The notes: generated by a model not told the origin, from the sequence alone. Positions 19,925 to 30,041 are shown, counted from the first letter of the stretch. The stretch is DNA of 64,000 nucleotides from Thermoanaerobaculia bacterium (GCA_035593605.1 DAOSWS010000011.1:28304-92303); one strand, 5' to 3'. Translations and numbers: made by a program.

Positions 19925-22015
19925 ATGGCTCCTGAAACGGTTAGCAGCAGCTCGGTTTCCCCGATAACCACGATCGTGGCCGAATTGGCCATTGAGTTGA
20001 ATATCACTCTGAAAAACAACCGGCTTTACGGGGAAGACCACCCGGTGGTCGCATCCAATATACGGAAAGTCCTGGAACGTCTGGCCAGGGGCTTCTCCTA
20101 CCAGTCCACCATCCCGATCCATTTCACCCGAAAGACGATCATTTTCGGGGAAAACTTCCTGTCCAAGACCAGTCCGATCTATCAACAGCTTGCCGGATCC
20201 ATGTGGCATGCCGGAATATTAGGGATAACGATTGAAAAGGGAGTTACTTCCTCGGATATCAACCGAATCCTGACGATCGTGAATGAGCTTACGCTGGCCC
20301 GGAAACGGTTGGATGATGTAAAGGATCAATATAAGGGCCGAATGCCGGAGCATATTCACTTTGATCTGATCAGCAAGGATCTCTTTGTCCTGCGCCAGAA
20401 AGATCAGGTCTCCTCCGTTTCAAAAGATGAAGAAACGGGCCTATGGGAAGATTTTATCTTTTCGCTTGGCGCGGGCGGGACCGCATCGGATGGAGAATCT
20501 CCGATCTCCCGTTCCGTCATGGAACTGGCCAAAAAGATATCGTCTCAGGCTCCGACTCAAAAGGACGTTGTCGAATACGATCAGGCCGTCGTGAGTTATC
20601 TGAAAGGCCTCGACCGGTCTCACCGGGAACAGGGGATCCTGTCCCAGACCGACCTTGGAAAGAAGATCGGGGATTTCATTGCCCATATCAACCCGGAGCT
20701 CCGCCAGCAGATTCTCTGCGCGACCCTTACGACACCCGACCTGTCCGAGACGATGATCCAGGAATTCTCCCGTGTCGTGGACTACGACTATCTCGTAGAC
20801 TCCCTGAAGGCTCTGAATGCCCAGGGCCGAGCCCTTCCCGTCACGGTCTATCGGACCCTTTCGATCGTGGGCCTTCTTGGCGAGGAGGAAGACGAAATCA
20901 TGGGAGCCGAGGACGACGAGATCAACCTCGAAGAGACCGAAAAGGAAAACTTCCAGGCGCTTCTGGACACCCTCCTTACCGAAGATAACCGCTTTTCTTA
21001 CATGTCGCAGGAATACGAAGCCAAGATCGAATCTCTCCAGGCCTATGCGGAAGAACTTGCCCGGAGTCAGAGCCTGGGGAGTTCCGAGACCTACTTTGAA
21101 CGGGGAGAGATTGAAAAGCACTTCGTAGGCATCTGCTCGGAAATCATGGATCGATACCCGGAAGACATCGAGGCGGCTTCCAGCGCCGGAAGACAGGTGG
21201 ACAAGGCCTTCGCCATCTTTCTGGATCGAACGATGCTGGCGGACTGTTTTCAGTGTATCGTCGCAGGGAAACGGGCTGCGGCTATCGATCCGAAGCGGGA
21301 ACTCTTTCCCTACACGTGGGAAAAGCCGGAGGTACAGGACCTTCTCCTCTCCTTTCTCTCCGATTCGGAGGAGGACAACCGGACCTATGCCCGGATGATC
21401 CTGGCCACCATAGGAAAGAGAGTCCTGGACAAACTGGTTCCTCTCCTGGTGTCGAGCCAGGAAATTGGCGTTCGACGCCAGGCTGTCAACATTCTTACTG
21501 ACATGGAGGAGAGTCCCTCCCTCCATCTGCTTGACCTTTTCCAATCCGACATCCCCTGGTACGCGAAGAGGAACATCATCTACATCTTCCGGAAGCGGCA
21601 GGATCCATCCGGACAGGATGTTGTTCTCTCTCACTGGAAAGAGGCCCATCACAAAGTGCAGACAGAGACGATCCGATATCTCTTTTCCGTGCGGAACAAG
21701 GATTGGCTCGTCTACCTCAAGGAGGCCATCTTTTCAAAATCGAAGGATCTGGCTCTGGGAGCGGCTCGAATGGTGATTCAGGTGCGATGGGATGAAGTCG
21801 TTCAGATGGTTGTCGATCGCATCGAACAGCTTCCCCGCTGGGCCGTGGGTTCCTCCTTCCATCTGGATCTCGTAAAGCTTCTTCTTCAGAGCCGGAATCA
21901 GAAGGCCAAATCCTACGTCACCGCCTCCGTCATTAACAAGCGTGGTGTCTTTTCCTGGCAGACTGCCAGGTACCAGGAAAACGTGCGGAAGCTCATGAAG
22001 GAAACCCGGACATGA
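19925..22015 (+). CDS. DUF3391-like N-terminal domain protein with C-terminal HEAT-like repeats
   Basis: Its N-terminal ~110 aa (NNRLYGEDH...GILGITIEKGVT) are paralogous to the N-terminus of the downstream HD-GYP protein. The C-terminal ~250 aa have HEAT/PBS-lyase-like periodicity. Its stop overlaps the next start as ATGA. Confidence 0.55.
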   Translation: MAPETVSSSSVSPITTIVAELAIELNITLKNNRLYGEDHPVVASNIRKVLERLARGFSYQSTIPIHFTRKTIIFGENFLSKTSPIYQQLAGSMWHAGILGITIEKGVTSSDINRILTIVNELTLARKRLDDVKDQYKGRMPEHIHFDLISKDLFVLRQKDQVSSVSKDEETGLWEDFIFSLGAGGTASDGESPISRSVMELAKKISSQAPTQKDVVEYDQAVVSYLKGLDRSHREQGILSQTDLGKKIGDFIAHINPELRQQILCATLTTPDLSETMIQEFSRVVDYDYLVDSLKALNAQGRALPVTVYRTLSIVGLLGEEEDEIMGAEDDEINLEETEKENFQALLDTLLTEDNRFSYMSQEYEAKIESLQAYAEELARSQSLGSSETYFERGEIEKHFVGICSEIMDRYPEDIEAASSAGRQVDKAFAIFLDRTMLADCFQCIVAGKRAAAIDPKRELFPYTWEKPEVQDLLLSFLSDSEEDNRTYARMILATIGKRVLDKLVPLLVSSQEIGVRRQAVNILTDMEESPSLHLLDLFQSDIPWYAKRNIIYIFRKRQDPSGQDVVLSHWKEAHHKVQTETIRYLFSVRNKDWLVYLKEAIFSKSKDLALGAARMVIQVRWDEVVQMVVDRIEQLPRWAVGSSFHLDLVKLLLQSRNQKAKSYVTASVINKRGVFSWQTARYQENVRKLMKETRT

Positions 22016-23169
22016 AAGCCGAACTGGAACAATTCTGTACTCTCTTTGTGGCCACGACGACCCGGTGCCGATTGTACGGACCCGACCATCTGATTACCAG
22101 TCGATCCTCGGGGAAGTTGATGAATTTGCTGGAAAAGCTTCTCTCGGAACACGGACAGCTCAAACTGATCGTCCAGGAAGATCTCCTCTACGTGAATGAT
22201 CAGTCCTTTCCTCTGGGTTTTGGAAGCCTTTTCAGTCTCGCCAGACGAATGTCCGATAAGAAAATCGGTTTTCTCGAATTTACACCGGGGATCACGAGGG
22301 AAGAAGTTCTTGCGTTCTGCACCCAGCTGGCTGACCCCAGGGGCGGGAAAGTGCAGTCTCAGACTCGATTAAAGCTCGGAGAAATTCAAATCGCCCCGAA
22401 GGAACTCCACTCCCAGCTGGAGGCGATGAGGGTGATGGACGCCAGCGGAGACCGAACCGATGCTGTTTCCAAGGAGGTCTCCGACCTGGAAATTCTCTAT
22501 AAGCGTGTCCGTGAACACATGGAAGTCAAGCTGAAAAATTTTGACGAAGTCGTCCTGTCATTTTTAAGCCGGTTTGCCCGGCAGGCAAATCCGTTCATTC
22601 ATCTCGGGGAGATCCGCCATCACAACAAGTACACCTACCTCCACTCTTCCAATGTCGCAAACCTGGCTATCGGCTTCGGCCTCGGCCTCGGACTGAAGGG
22701 TAAGGATCTCTACCACCTTGGAATTGCCGCCCTGCTTCACGATGTGGGCAAGCAGTTTGTCCCCGTTACAATTCTGAACAAGCCCTCCAGGCTGAACGAA
22801 GAAGAGTGGAACATTATACGCCGCCACCCGATCGAAGGATCCCGATTTCTTATGAAGCAGAAGAACGTGAATCACCTGGCCGTTGTCGTCTCCTTCGAAC
22901 ATCACCTTCACTACAACGGTCTCGGGGGTTATCCGGTATGCAAACCCCCGCGCAGGCCCTCCATCCCCTCCCAGCTGATTGCCATTGCCGACTCCTTCGA
23001 TGCCCTGTTCTGCTTCCGTTCCTACCATGAGAAGTACGACATCATGACGGCACTTGAGATCATTCACAACGACAGGGGCAGCATTTACGATCCATGGCTG
23101 GTGGATGTCTTTACCCGCTATATTACGATGAACCTTGAGGAGGAAGGACTTCCGAACCTTCCGGCATGA
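22012..23169 (+). CDS. HD-GYP domain c-di-GMP phosphodiesterase with DUF3391-like N-terminal domain
   Basis: HD motif (LLHDVGK), HHLHYNGLGGYP (the HD-GYP signature) and an N-terminal RLYGPDH region. Confidence 0.85.
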   Translation: MKAELEQFCTLFVATTTRCRLYGPDHLITSRSSGKLMNLLEKLLSEHGQLKLIVQEDLLYVNDQSFPLGFGSLFSLARRMSDKKIGFLEFTPGITREEVLAFCTQLADPRGGKVQSQTRLKLGEIQIAPKELHSQLEAMRVMDASGDRTDAVSKEVSDLEILYKRVREHMEVKLKNFDEVVLSFLSRFARQANPFIHLGEIRHHNKYTYLHSSNVANLAIGFGLGLGLKGKDLYHLGIAALLHDVGKQFVPVTILNKPSRLNEEEWNIIRRHPIEGSRFLMKQKNVNHLAVVVSFEHHLHYNGLGGYPVCKPPRRPSIPSQLIAIADSFDALFCFRSYHEKYDIMTALEIIHNDRGSIYDPWLVDVFTRYITMNLEEEGLPNLPA

Positions 23170-23629
23170 TCCCGGAAAACCGGACATCGATATTGGGACA
23201 GATCATTCGAAACCTGGGTTTTCCATTTTCCACGAATTGGGCTTCCACGGAAAATCCCTGCTTCCTGTAAAGAAGAAGTGCTTTTTCGTTTACCTGATCG
23301 ACTTCCAGGACACACCGGTTAAACCCTGATGAGGCCATGTACCGCAATGCCATGGACATCAGTTTCGTTCCGAGCCCTCTTTGGCGCCACTTCGGATGAA
23401 CGTCAAGGGTGATGATATGATCCCGTACCCATAAGATGAATGCGATTGGGATTCCTCTGTGGATTGCCTTGAAACCCCGTGAACCCTCCCGAGAGAGGAA
23501 GTGTTGCATGGCTTCTGGTGAATAGGCGTTCTCATGATCAAAGCAGAGGGAATCCAGATGGATCAGAAAGGGAAGATCCTGAAGAGAGAGAGGTTGAACG
23601 ATGGCAGGGGCATCATCCTCTTCATGCAC
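23123..23629 (-). CDS. GNAT family N-acetyltransferase (RimI-like)
   Basis: Acetyl-CoA motif LDVHPKWRQRGLGTKLM. The ORF-track start at 23791 would overlap fabH by 170 nt, so I propose the GTG at 23627-23629; this start is uncertain. Its 3' end overlaps the HD-GYP gene's 3' end by 47 nt, convergently. Confidence 0.55.
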   Translation of the reverse strand: MHEEDDAPAIVQPLSLQDLPFLIHLDSLCFDHENAYSPEAMQHFLSREGSRGFKAIHRGIPIAFILWVRDHIITLDVHPKWRQRGLGTKLMSMALRYMASSGFNRCVLEVDQVNEKALLLYRKQGFSVEAQFVENGKPRFRMICPNIDVRFSGIMPEGSEVLPPQGSS

Positions 23630-24677
23630 GATACAGAACAGCCCCCCAGTGAAGTCCGCTTCCAAGCGCCACAAAACAGACCAGGGACCCGGGTTTAACC
23701 CTTCCGTCAATGCGGGCTTCGTGAAACGCAATCGGAATCGTGGCAGCTGTGGTGTTGCCGTAGCGTTGAATATTGTTGAATACCCTTTCATCAGGAAGGT
23801 TTAACCGCTGCTGGATCGCTTCGTTAATTCGCAGATTGGCCTGGTGCATGACAAGAAGATCGACATCGTCCAACGTCAGCCGGTTTCGTTCCAAAAGCTT
23901 TATCACGGCATCGGGCATCAGGGTGACTGCCAGACGGAAGACCTCCCTTCCGCGAATCATCGGCACGGTATCTCCCTTCTCGGTCATGGAGGGGTTAAAA
24001 AAAGGACGAAAGGCACTTCCGCCCGCATTGGCCCAGATTCGGTCACTCAATTCCCCATCGGTGAAGAGTAGGGTGTCCATGACTCCTCTCCCATTGTCCT
24101 CGGATTCGGAAAAGATGCACGCCCCCGCTCCATCTCCGAAGAGCACCGTTCGGTCCCGGAACCTCGTATTCCATTCCTTCTCCTCTTCATCCACGGCCCG
24201 ATCTGAATGCCCGAGAACGATATCCCAGGAATCCCACGACATCAGGCAACTGTGGACCTCTGCCCCCACGAGAAGAACATTCCGGGCCTGATGGGTGCGC
24301 ACCAGGGAATCGGCGAGCTGAGCACCGAAGATAAACCCGGCACATTGCTGCCGGATATCGAGGCAGGGTACGTTTTGAATCCCCAATTTACGCTGAAGGT
24401 AAGGCCCGGCCCCCGGAAGGTAATAGTCCGGGGTCATGGTAGCCATGATGATGTAATCGACATCATTCGGCGAAAGGCCGGCATCCTCAAGCGCTCGGAT
24501 CGACGCCTGAAGCGCCAGGTCGCTTGTCGCTTCATCAGGATCGGCAAAATAACGGGTCTCGATCCCCGTCCGCTGCACGATCCACTCATGGGACGTGTCC
24601 ATGATCCTGGAAAGTCTCTCATTATCCACTCGGTTGCCTGGCAGATGGATTCCGGTTCCGGTGATCATGGAAGACAT
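23622..24677 (-). CDS. fabH: 3-oxoacyl-ACP synthase III (KAS III, FabH-like)
   Basis: Thiolase fold with active-site region QQCAGFIFGAQLA and the typical C-terminal HQANLRINEAI...GNTTAATIPIA...ALGSGLHWGA. AGGAGG precedes the ATG at 24677. Confidence 0.75.
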   Translation of the reverse strand: MSSMITGTGIHLPGNRVDNERLSRIMDTSHEWIVQRTGIETRYFADPDEATSDLALQASIRALEDAGLSPNDVDYIIMATMTPDYYLPGAGPYLQRKLGIQNVPCLDIRQQCAGFIFGAQLADSLVRTHQARNVLLVGAEVHSCLMSWDSWDIVLGHSDRAVDEEEKEWNTRFRDRTVLFGDGAGACIFSESEDNGRGVMDTLLFTDGELSDRIWANAGGSAFRPFFNPSMTEKGDTVPMIRGREVFRLAVTLMPDAVIKLLERNRLTLDDVDLLVMHQANLRINEAIQQRLNLPDERVFNNIQRYGNTTAATIPIAFHEARIDGRVKPGSLVCFVALGSGLHWGAVLYRA

Positions 24678-24780
24678 GTATTCCTCCTATCTGCGTAATG
24701 TTTCATTGTGTCGGAATTGGGGTTGCATGTCAATTTTGATTATCGTTGCGCCCGAAGATCATCTGAACTATAGTTCAGGT

Positions 24781-25611
24781 ATGGTGCGAATCGGAACCGC
24801 GGGATGGTCCTACAAGGATTGGGAGGGTATCGTCTACCCTTCCCAATCGGGAGAGGCCCTGAAGATACTCTCCACCCTCTTTGACACCCTTGAAATCAAC
24901 GTTACCTTCTATCGTCCCCCCACGCTCCGAATGTCAAAGCGATGGATCGAGGAAACTGACCACAATCCAGGGTTTCATTTCACGATGAAGGCTTCCCGGA
25001 CCTGGACCCATGGAGGATCCTCCCCCGAAGCCACGGGATCTTATCTGGCCTTCATCCGCGAACTGACGGCCGCCGGAAAATTTGGAGCCATCCTCTTTCA
25101 ATACCCCTGGTCCTTCTTCGATTCCCGGGACCATCGCGACCAGATCCTGAGAGCTGTCGATCCCTTCAGGCCTTACCCGATTGTGATCGAGGTTCGTCAT
25201 CGATCCTTCGAAGATCCATCTTTCCTGACCTTTCTTACAGAAGAGAACCTGGGCTTTGCCAATATCGATCAGCCTCTCCTGGGTAAGGCCCTGCGGCCGT
25301 CTTCCCTCGTCACATCAAAACTCGGCTACGTTCGATTTCACGGAAGAAATTACAAACACTGGATTCGGCATGATGAGCCCTGGCAGAGATATGACTACCT
25401 GTACCGGCTGGACGAACTCCGCCAATGGAAATCCCGTATTGATGAGATCGTGAAATCGGCGGAGGAGACCTACGTTGTGATGAACAACCATTACAAAGGA
25501 CAGGCGGTTGTCAACGGTATGGAGCTGAATTCTCTTTACGGAAAGCCATCCTCCTCCATCCCTGAGGGTCTCCGCGATCAATACATGGAGAGGATGTCAG
25601 CCCTCAGCTGA
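24781..25611 (+). CDS. DUF72 (UPF0759) family protein
   Basis: N-terminal VRIGTAGWSYKDWEGIVYP is characteristic of DUF72. The start was moved to the ATG at 24781; the upstream part of the ORF is non-conserved. Confidence 0.75.
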   Translation: MVRIGTAGWSYKDWEGIVYPSQSGEALKILSTLFDTLEINVTFYRPPTLRMSKRWIEETDHNPGFHFTMKASRTWTHGGSSPEATGSYLAFIRELTAAGKFGAILFQYPWSFFDSRDHRDQILRAVDPFRPYPIVIEVRHRSFEDPSFLTFLTEENLGFANIDQPLLGKALRPSSLVTSKLGYVRFHGRNYKHWIRHDEPWQRYDYLYRLDELRQWKSRIDEIVKSAEETYVVMNNHYKGQAVVNGMELNSLYGKPSSSIPEGLRDQYMERMSALS

Positions 25612-25669
25612 ATCGGGGTTGTCAGGAATTCCCTACATTGGTATGATTCCCTTTTGGATGGAGGCGTCC

Positions 25670-28600
25670 ATGTCACGATTTCTCTTTCTACTTGTATGCA
25701 TCTCTTCATTCCTATATGCAGACACCCCGGTCATGGGTCCCGTGTCCGGAACCTGGACGGCCGGGGAAAGCCCCTATATTCTGGAAGGCGACACATCAGT
25801 TCCTTCGGGAGAGACTCTGACAATGGAACCAGGCACCGTGGTCCGTTCCAATGGATCCTATTCCCTGACCATCTATGGCCAGCTCATCACCCAGGCGTCC
25901 GGAGCGACCGGGGTCACCCTGACCTCCAACGCCCCTTCTCCCGCAAAAGGAGACTGGGTCGGGATTATTCTGGAAGACGGTGCCATCCTGACCGGAGATC
26001 ACCTCTCGATTTCATACGCAGAATATGGGATTCACATCCTGCAGAATTCCCCAACCGCCAGCCTGACCCTGACCGATTCCACCCTGTCCCAGAATGACTC
26101 TGGCCTTGATCTATCCAGCGGGACCGCAGTGGTAACTTCCTCTCTCTTCGAAAATAACGACTATGGATTTTATGCCGGTTCCATGTCGCCCGGTGAAATA
26201 TTCCTTACCATTTCTTCCTCCACATTTACAGACCAGACTTATAATCCGGGAGGTCTGGACACGACGGTTCATGCGACCTTCCTTGGAAATTCCGCAACAG
26301 GATCTCCTGTCAATGGTTTCCTCATTTTCAGCGCAGATTGGCCCGCTGATCTGGAGTGGACGTCCACCGGGATTCCCTTCGTCAACGATGGCGGGGATTT
26401 TACGATTCCCCCGGAACGATCTCTAACGCTTGGAAATGGGACCATCATGAAGACCCGGACCTACAACGACGGGTTCGACACCCATGGTTCCCTGATCGTC
26501 CAGGGCAGCCTGATGCTTCAATCGGGAACCCGACTCACGTCCCTGAAAGACGATACCGGGGGAGACACGAATGGAGACGGGTCCACCTCCTCCCCCGCTC
26601 CGGGAGACTGGATCGGAATTGTCCATGAGAGTTCTGCCTCCGGGATTACCGTATCGGGGAGCAACATCTCGTACGCCAGCCACGCTATCGAGATCAAGGA
26701 TGGGGCTTCCTCAGCCGTCGTTATGGTGTCGGATACCACTTTTTCATATAATTCCTCCGGTCTTTCCGCCGCCGGAGGAATGGTCTCGGTGCTTTCCTGT
26801 TCCTTCATCTCGAACGATTACGGCTTCACGGCGGGAACAATGTCCCCCGGGGAGGTTACCCTTTCTGTCTCTTCTTCCACCTTCACGAACCAGACCTACT
26901 TTCCGGGAGGACTCGACACAACGGTTCATGCCACGCTGACAGATAACTCGGCATCGGGTTCCCCGAACAACGGATTTGCCATTTTCAGCGCCGACTGGCC
27001 TTCAGACCTTTCATGGGTTTCCACCGGTGTCCCCCTGGTCAACGACGGAGGGGACTTTACCATCCCCTTCGGACGTTCCCTCACTCTGAAGAGCGGAACG
27101 ATCCTGAAAACCCGGAAGTATAACGACGGATTTGATACCCATGGATCCCTCACAGTGGAAGGGAGTCTGGTGCTTCAGTCCGGAACACGCCTGACTTCCC
27201 TGAAAGACGATACCGGAGGAGATACGAATGGAGATGGATCTGCATCGCTCCCCGCCCGCGGAGACTGGATCGGGATTATTCTTGAAAATTCCGCGACGGC
27301 AATGAGTGCAACCGGTACGGCCATTGCCTATGCCGATCACGGAATTCAGATCCGTGAAACGGCTCCCGATACCATCCTGACCCTTACGGGCTCCAACCTT
27401 GCTTACAATGGAAGTGGCATCAGTGTGGGAGGGGGAAGCGCGTCCATTGTGTCGACCTCTTTTCTTTCCAATAATTACGGATTTACGGCGGGAACAATGT
27501 CCCCCGGGGAGGTTACCCTTTCTGTCTCTTCTTCCACCTTCACGGACCAGACCTACTTTCCGGGAGGACTCGACACAACGGTTCAGGCCACGCTGACAGA
27601 TAACTCGGCATCGGGTTCACCGGTCAACGGTTTCGTCATCTTCAGCGCCGACTGGCCCGCAGATCTAGAGTGGATCTCTACCGGCGTACCCTTCGTCAAC
27701 GACGGAGGGGATTTTACAATTCCGTCAGGCCGAACCTTTACTCTGGGAAGCAACACAATCGTGAAGAGCCGAACATACGATGACGGATTGAATGTCTACG
27801 GTTCATTCAAGGTGGAGGGGAGCATGGTTCTTCAATCCGGCACCCTTCTTACCTCCCTCATGGATGACACGGGAGGCGACACCAACGGGGACGGTTCGGC
27901 ATCCCTTCCCGCGTCGGGGGACTGGATCGGGGTCGTTCTGGAAAATTCAGCTACCGGTTTTTCGGCCATGGGATCCCAACTTTCCTATGCGGATTACGGG
28001 GTCCAGATCAGGGACACGGCACCCACTTCACTTGTCAGCCTCACCGGATCCACACTGAGCCATCACCGGACGGGGTTGAGGCTCAGCGGAGGAACAGCCC
28101 TGGTTGAATCCTGCATATTCGACACAAATGACTATGGATTCACGGCAGGCGCCATGGCTCCTCAGCAGGTAAATCTATTCGTCACTTCTTCCACTTTTAC
28201 GGACCACACCTATTTCCCCGGCGGTCTGGATTCTTCGGCCCAGGCCACCCTCCAGGGCAACTTCGCCTCCGGTTCTCCCATCAACGGGTTCGTGATATTC
28301 AGCGCGGACTGGTCCTCCAACCTCCAGTGGACCTCTACCGGCGTTCCCTTTGTCAATGACGGAGGAGATTTTACGATCCCGCCAGGACACAGTCTGACGC
28401 TCAAGGAAGGTACGATCGTAAAGACAAGAAAATATGTGGACACATTTACCACCTACGGGTCGTTTCAGGTGCTGGGGACCCTGATCCTTGAACCGAACAC
28501 GCACCTGACTTCTCTGCCTGACGATATTGGCGGAGATACAAACGGGGACGGGTCATCGTCGTTGCCATCTCCCGGAGACTGGGTTGGGATTGTCGTAAGC

Positions 28601-29158
28601 GGAGGGTCCGTTTTTTCCAATTCCTCCCGAATTAATTTTACAGAAACAGCGTTGAACGTGGGAAACAGCGGCAGCGGCACCATTACAGGGACATTCATTT
28701 CCTACAACGGGACCGGGGTGCAGGTTGACACGCTCTCCACCCTGGACCTGGGAAATCTCGGAAATCCGGATCCCCTTGACGACGGTACCAATCAGATCTT
28801 CTGCAACCAGTCCATGAACCTGATCAACCTCCACCCGGCCTCAACGGTAATGGCGGAGAACAACTTCTGGAGCCCCCTTCCGCCGATCGCCATTGACGGT
28901 TTTGTGGACTACGATCCCTACCTATCGGACGCACCTCCGGGGGGCGTTGCCGGACTGCTCCTGGAAAAGGCCTCGGAGTCAGATCTTGGTCTTTCCTGGT
29001 CGGGACCGTCCGGCATGTGTACTTATCTTGTAAAAACATCTCTTACTCCCGGCGGTTCGTTCCAGGATATCAGCGGTCCCCTGAATTCGCCCACGTACAT
29101 CGATTACGGTGCGCTGGATAACCTGACCTCAGTCTATTACCGGGTCTTTCCCCAGTAA
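25670..29158 (+). CDS. Large secreted repeat protein with four ~219-aa beta-helix-like modules and Ca-binding-like DDTGGDTNGDGS motifs; C-terminal Ig/FN3-like domain
   Basis: Signal peptide MSRFLFLLVCISSFLYA with GGAGG upstream. The unit ...YGFTAGTMSPGEVTLSVSSSTFTDQTYFPGGLDTTV...FSADWP...VNDGGDFTIP...LQSGT.LTSL.DDTGGDTNGDGS...GDWIGI... repeats four times. Confidence 0.75.
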   Translation: MSRFLFLLVCISSFLYADTPVMGPVSGTWTAGESPYILEGDTSVPSGETLTMEPGTVVRSNGSYSLTIYGQLITQASGATGVTLTSNAPSPAKGDWVGIILEDGAILTGDHLSISYAEYGIHILQNSPTASLTLTDSTLSQNDSGLDLSSGTAVVTSSLFENNDYGFYAGSMSPGEIFLTISSSTFTDQTYNPGGLDTTVHATFLGNSATGSPVNGFLIFSADWPADLEWTSTGIPFVNDGGDFTIPPERSLTLGNGTIMKTRTYNDGFDTHGSLIVQGSLMLQSGTRLTSLKDDTGGDTNGDGSTSSPAPGDWIGIVHESSASGITVSGSNISYASHAIEIKDGASSAVVMVSDTTFSYNSSGLSAAGGMVSVLSCSFISNDYGFTAGTMSPGEVTLSVSSSTFTNQTYFPGGLDTTVHATLTDNSASGSPNNGFAIFSADWPSDLSWVSTGVPLVNDGGDFTIPFGRSLTLKSGTILKTRKYNDGFDTHGSLTVEGSLVLQSGTRLTSLKDDTGGDTNGDGSASLPARGDWIGIILENSATAMSATGTAIAYADHGIQIRETAPDTILTLTGSNLAYNGSGISVGGGSASIVSTSFLSNNYGFTAGTMSPGEVTLSVSSSTFTDQTYFPGGLDTTVQATLTDNSASGSPVNGFVIFSADWPADLEWISTGVPFVNDGGDFTIPSGRTFTLGSNTIVKSRTYDDGLNVYGSFKVEGSMVLQSGTLLTSLMDDTGGDTNGDGSASLPASGDWIGVVLENSATGFSAMGSQLSYADYGVQIRDTAPTSLVSLTGSTLSHHRTGLRLSGGTALVESCIFDTNDYGFTAGAMAPQQVNLFVTSSTFTDHTYFPGGLDSSAQATLQGNFASGSPINGFVIFSADWSSNLQWTSTGVPFVNDGGDFTIPPGHSLTLKEGTIVKTRKYVDTFTTYGSFQVLGTLILEPNTHLTSLPDDIGGDTNGDGSSSLPSPGDWVGIVVSGGSVFSNSSRINFTETALNVGNSGSGTITGTFISYNGTGVQVDTLSTLDLGNLGNPDPLDDGTNQIFCNQSMNLINLHPASTVMAENNFWSPLPPIAIDGFVDYDPYLSDAPPGGVAGLLLEKASESDLGLSWSGPSGMCTYLVKTSLTPGGSFQDISGPLNSPTYIDYGALDNLTSVYYRVFPQ
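26825..28150 (+). repeat. Intragenic tandem DNA repeats of period ~657 bp. Units 2 and 3 are >95% identical over the first ~150 nt.
   Basis: Direct comparison of 26825-26975 with 27482-27632 shows about 4 mismatches in the first 150 nt. Confidence 0.8.
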
Positions 29159-29201
29159 GGAGAGTCAGTGAAAGGGTGAACACGGTTGAGAGAGTTTAAA
29201 T

Positions 29202-29999
29202 TCAGTTTCCTTCCCGCCTGCGTTCAATCAAAGCCTTGCAGAGGTCGGAAATATCGATAATACCAAGAATGGCGCCTTCCTTTACAACAAAGAGAGTTGG
29301 CTTGCAGGACTTTTGAATTAACACGACCGCATCTTCCAGCGAGGATTCAGGCGGAAGGGTGGGAACATCCGATGTCATGATGTCTCCAATGGTGAGTTGA
29401 TCAAAATCCATGTGGCAATGGAGCAGCTTTCGATAAGTCACAAAATCGATTTCTCCGACTTCCTGCGGGATGAGATGGTGGAGAAGATCAAAGACGGAAA
29501 GGACCCCGAGCAGCTTTTGTTCTTCATCCACAACGGGGAGAATATGCATGTCGGTATTGAGAAGAATCGTGAGAATCTGTTTCAGGGGCGTACTGCGGGT
29601 GACCGTTACGATTCCCCGCCTCATGATTGAAGAGATTGGAATGTCGGTCCAGGTCCCGAAACGTATCGCATGGTTGGGGCATCCACGCCTGGAACAGATC
29701 GAGACAAAAGGACCGTCTTCTACCCTGAATGTACACATGGGAGCATCACAGAGAGAGCAGGTAACGTTCTCCCTGAGGGATTCACGGCAGGCCGGGCAGA
29801 CAAATTCCGTAACCGTTCCCTCAGGGATGGGGAAGGGGCTGTCAAAACGGTACGACCCGTAAATGCTGCTCAGGTGAATTCTCTCTTCCCTCTCATTCCA
29901 GCGAAGGATCACCTGAATTCCCGGGTATTCTTCAATCGTATGGGATGGATCCATCAGGGATTCCCCGCAGCGGGGACAGAGCACGGAAAGGCTCAGCAT
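29202..29999 (-). CDS. Zinc-ribbon plus CBS-domain protein
   Basis: CPRCGES...CPACRES...CSLCDAPMC...CSRRGCPNH zinc-ribbon-like cysteines, followed by a C-terminal CBS pair (IGDIMTSDVPTL...AILGIIDISDL). The Gly-rich N-terminal 159 aa of the ORF track were rejected, so the start was moved to MLSLSV. Confidence 0.55.
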   Translation of the reverse strand: MLSLSVLCPRCGESLMDPSHTIEEYPGIQVILRWNEREERIHLSSIYGSYRFDSPFPIPEGTVTEFVCPACRESLRENVTCSLCDAPMCTFRVEDGPFVSICSRRGCPNHAIRFGTWTDIPISSIMRRGIVTVTRSTPLKQILTILLNTDMHILPVVDEEQKLLGVLSVFDLLHHLIPQEVGEIDFVTYRKLLHCHMDFDQLTIGDIMTSDVPTLPPESSLEDAVVLIQKSCKPTLFVVKEGAILGIIDISDLCKALIERRREGN

Positions 30000-30041
30000 G
30001 GATCTAGGATAGCATGGTGATGGCTCTGTTACAATAAAGCC

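Noticed and set aside
20441-21652. 403-aa ORF on the - strand
   Set aside because: It is antisense to the DUF3391/HEAT gene. It has no recognisable motifs, and GC-skewed codon usage is the likely cause.
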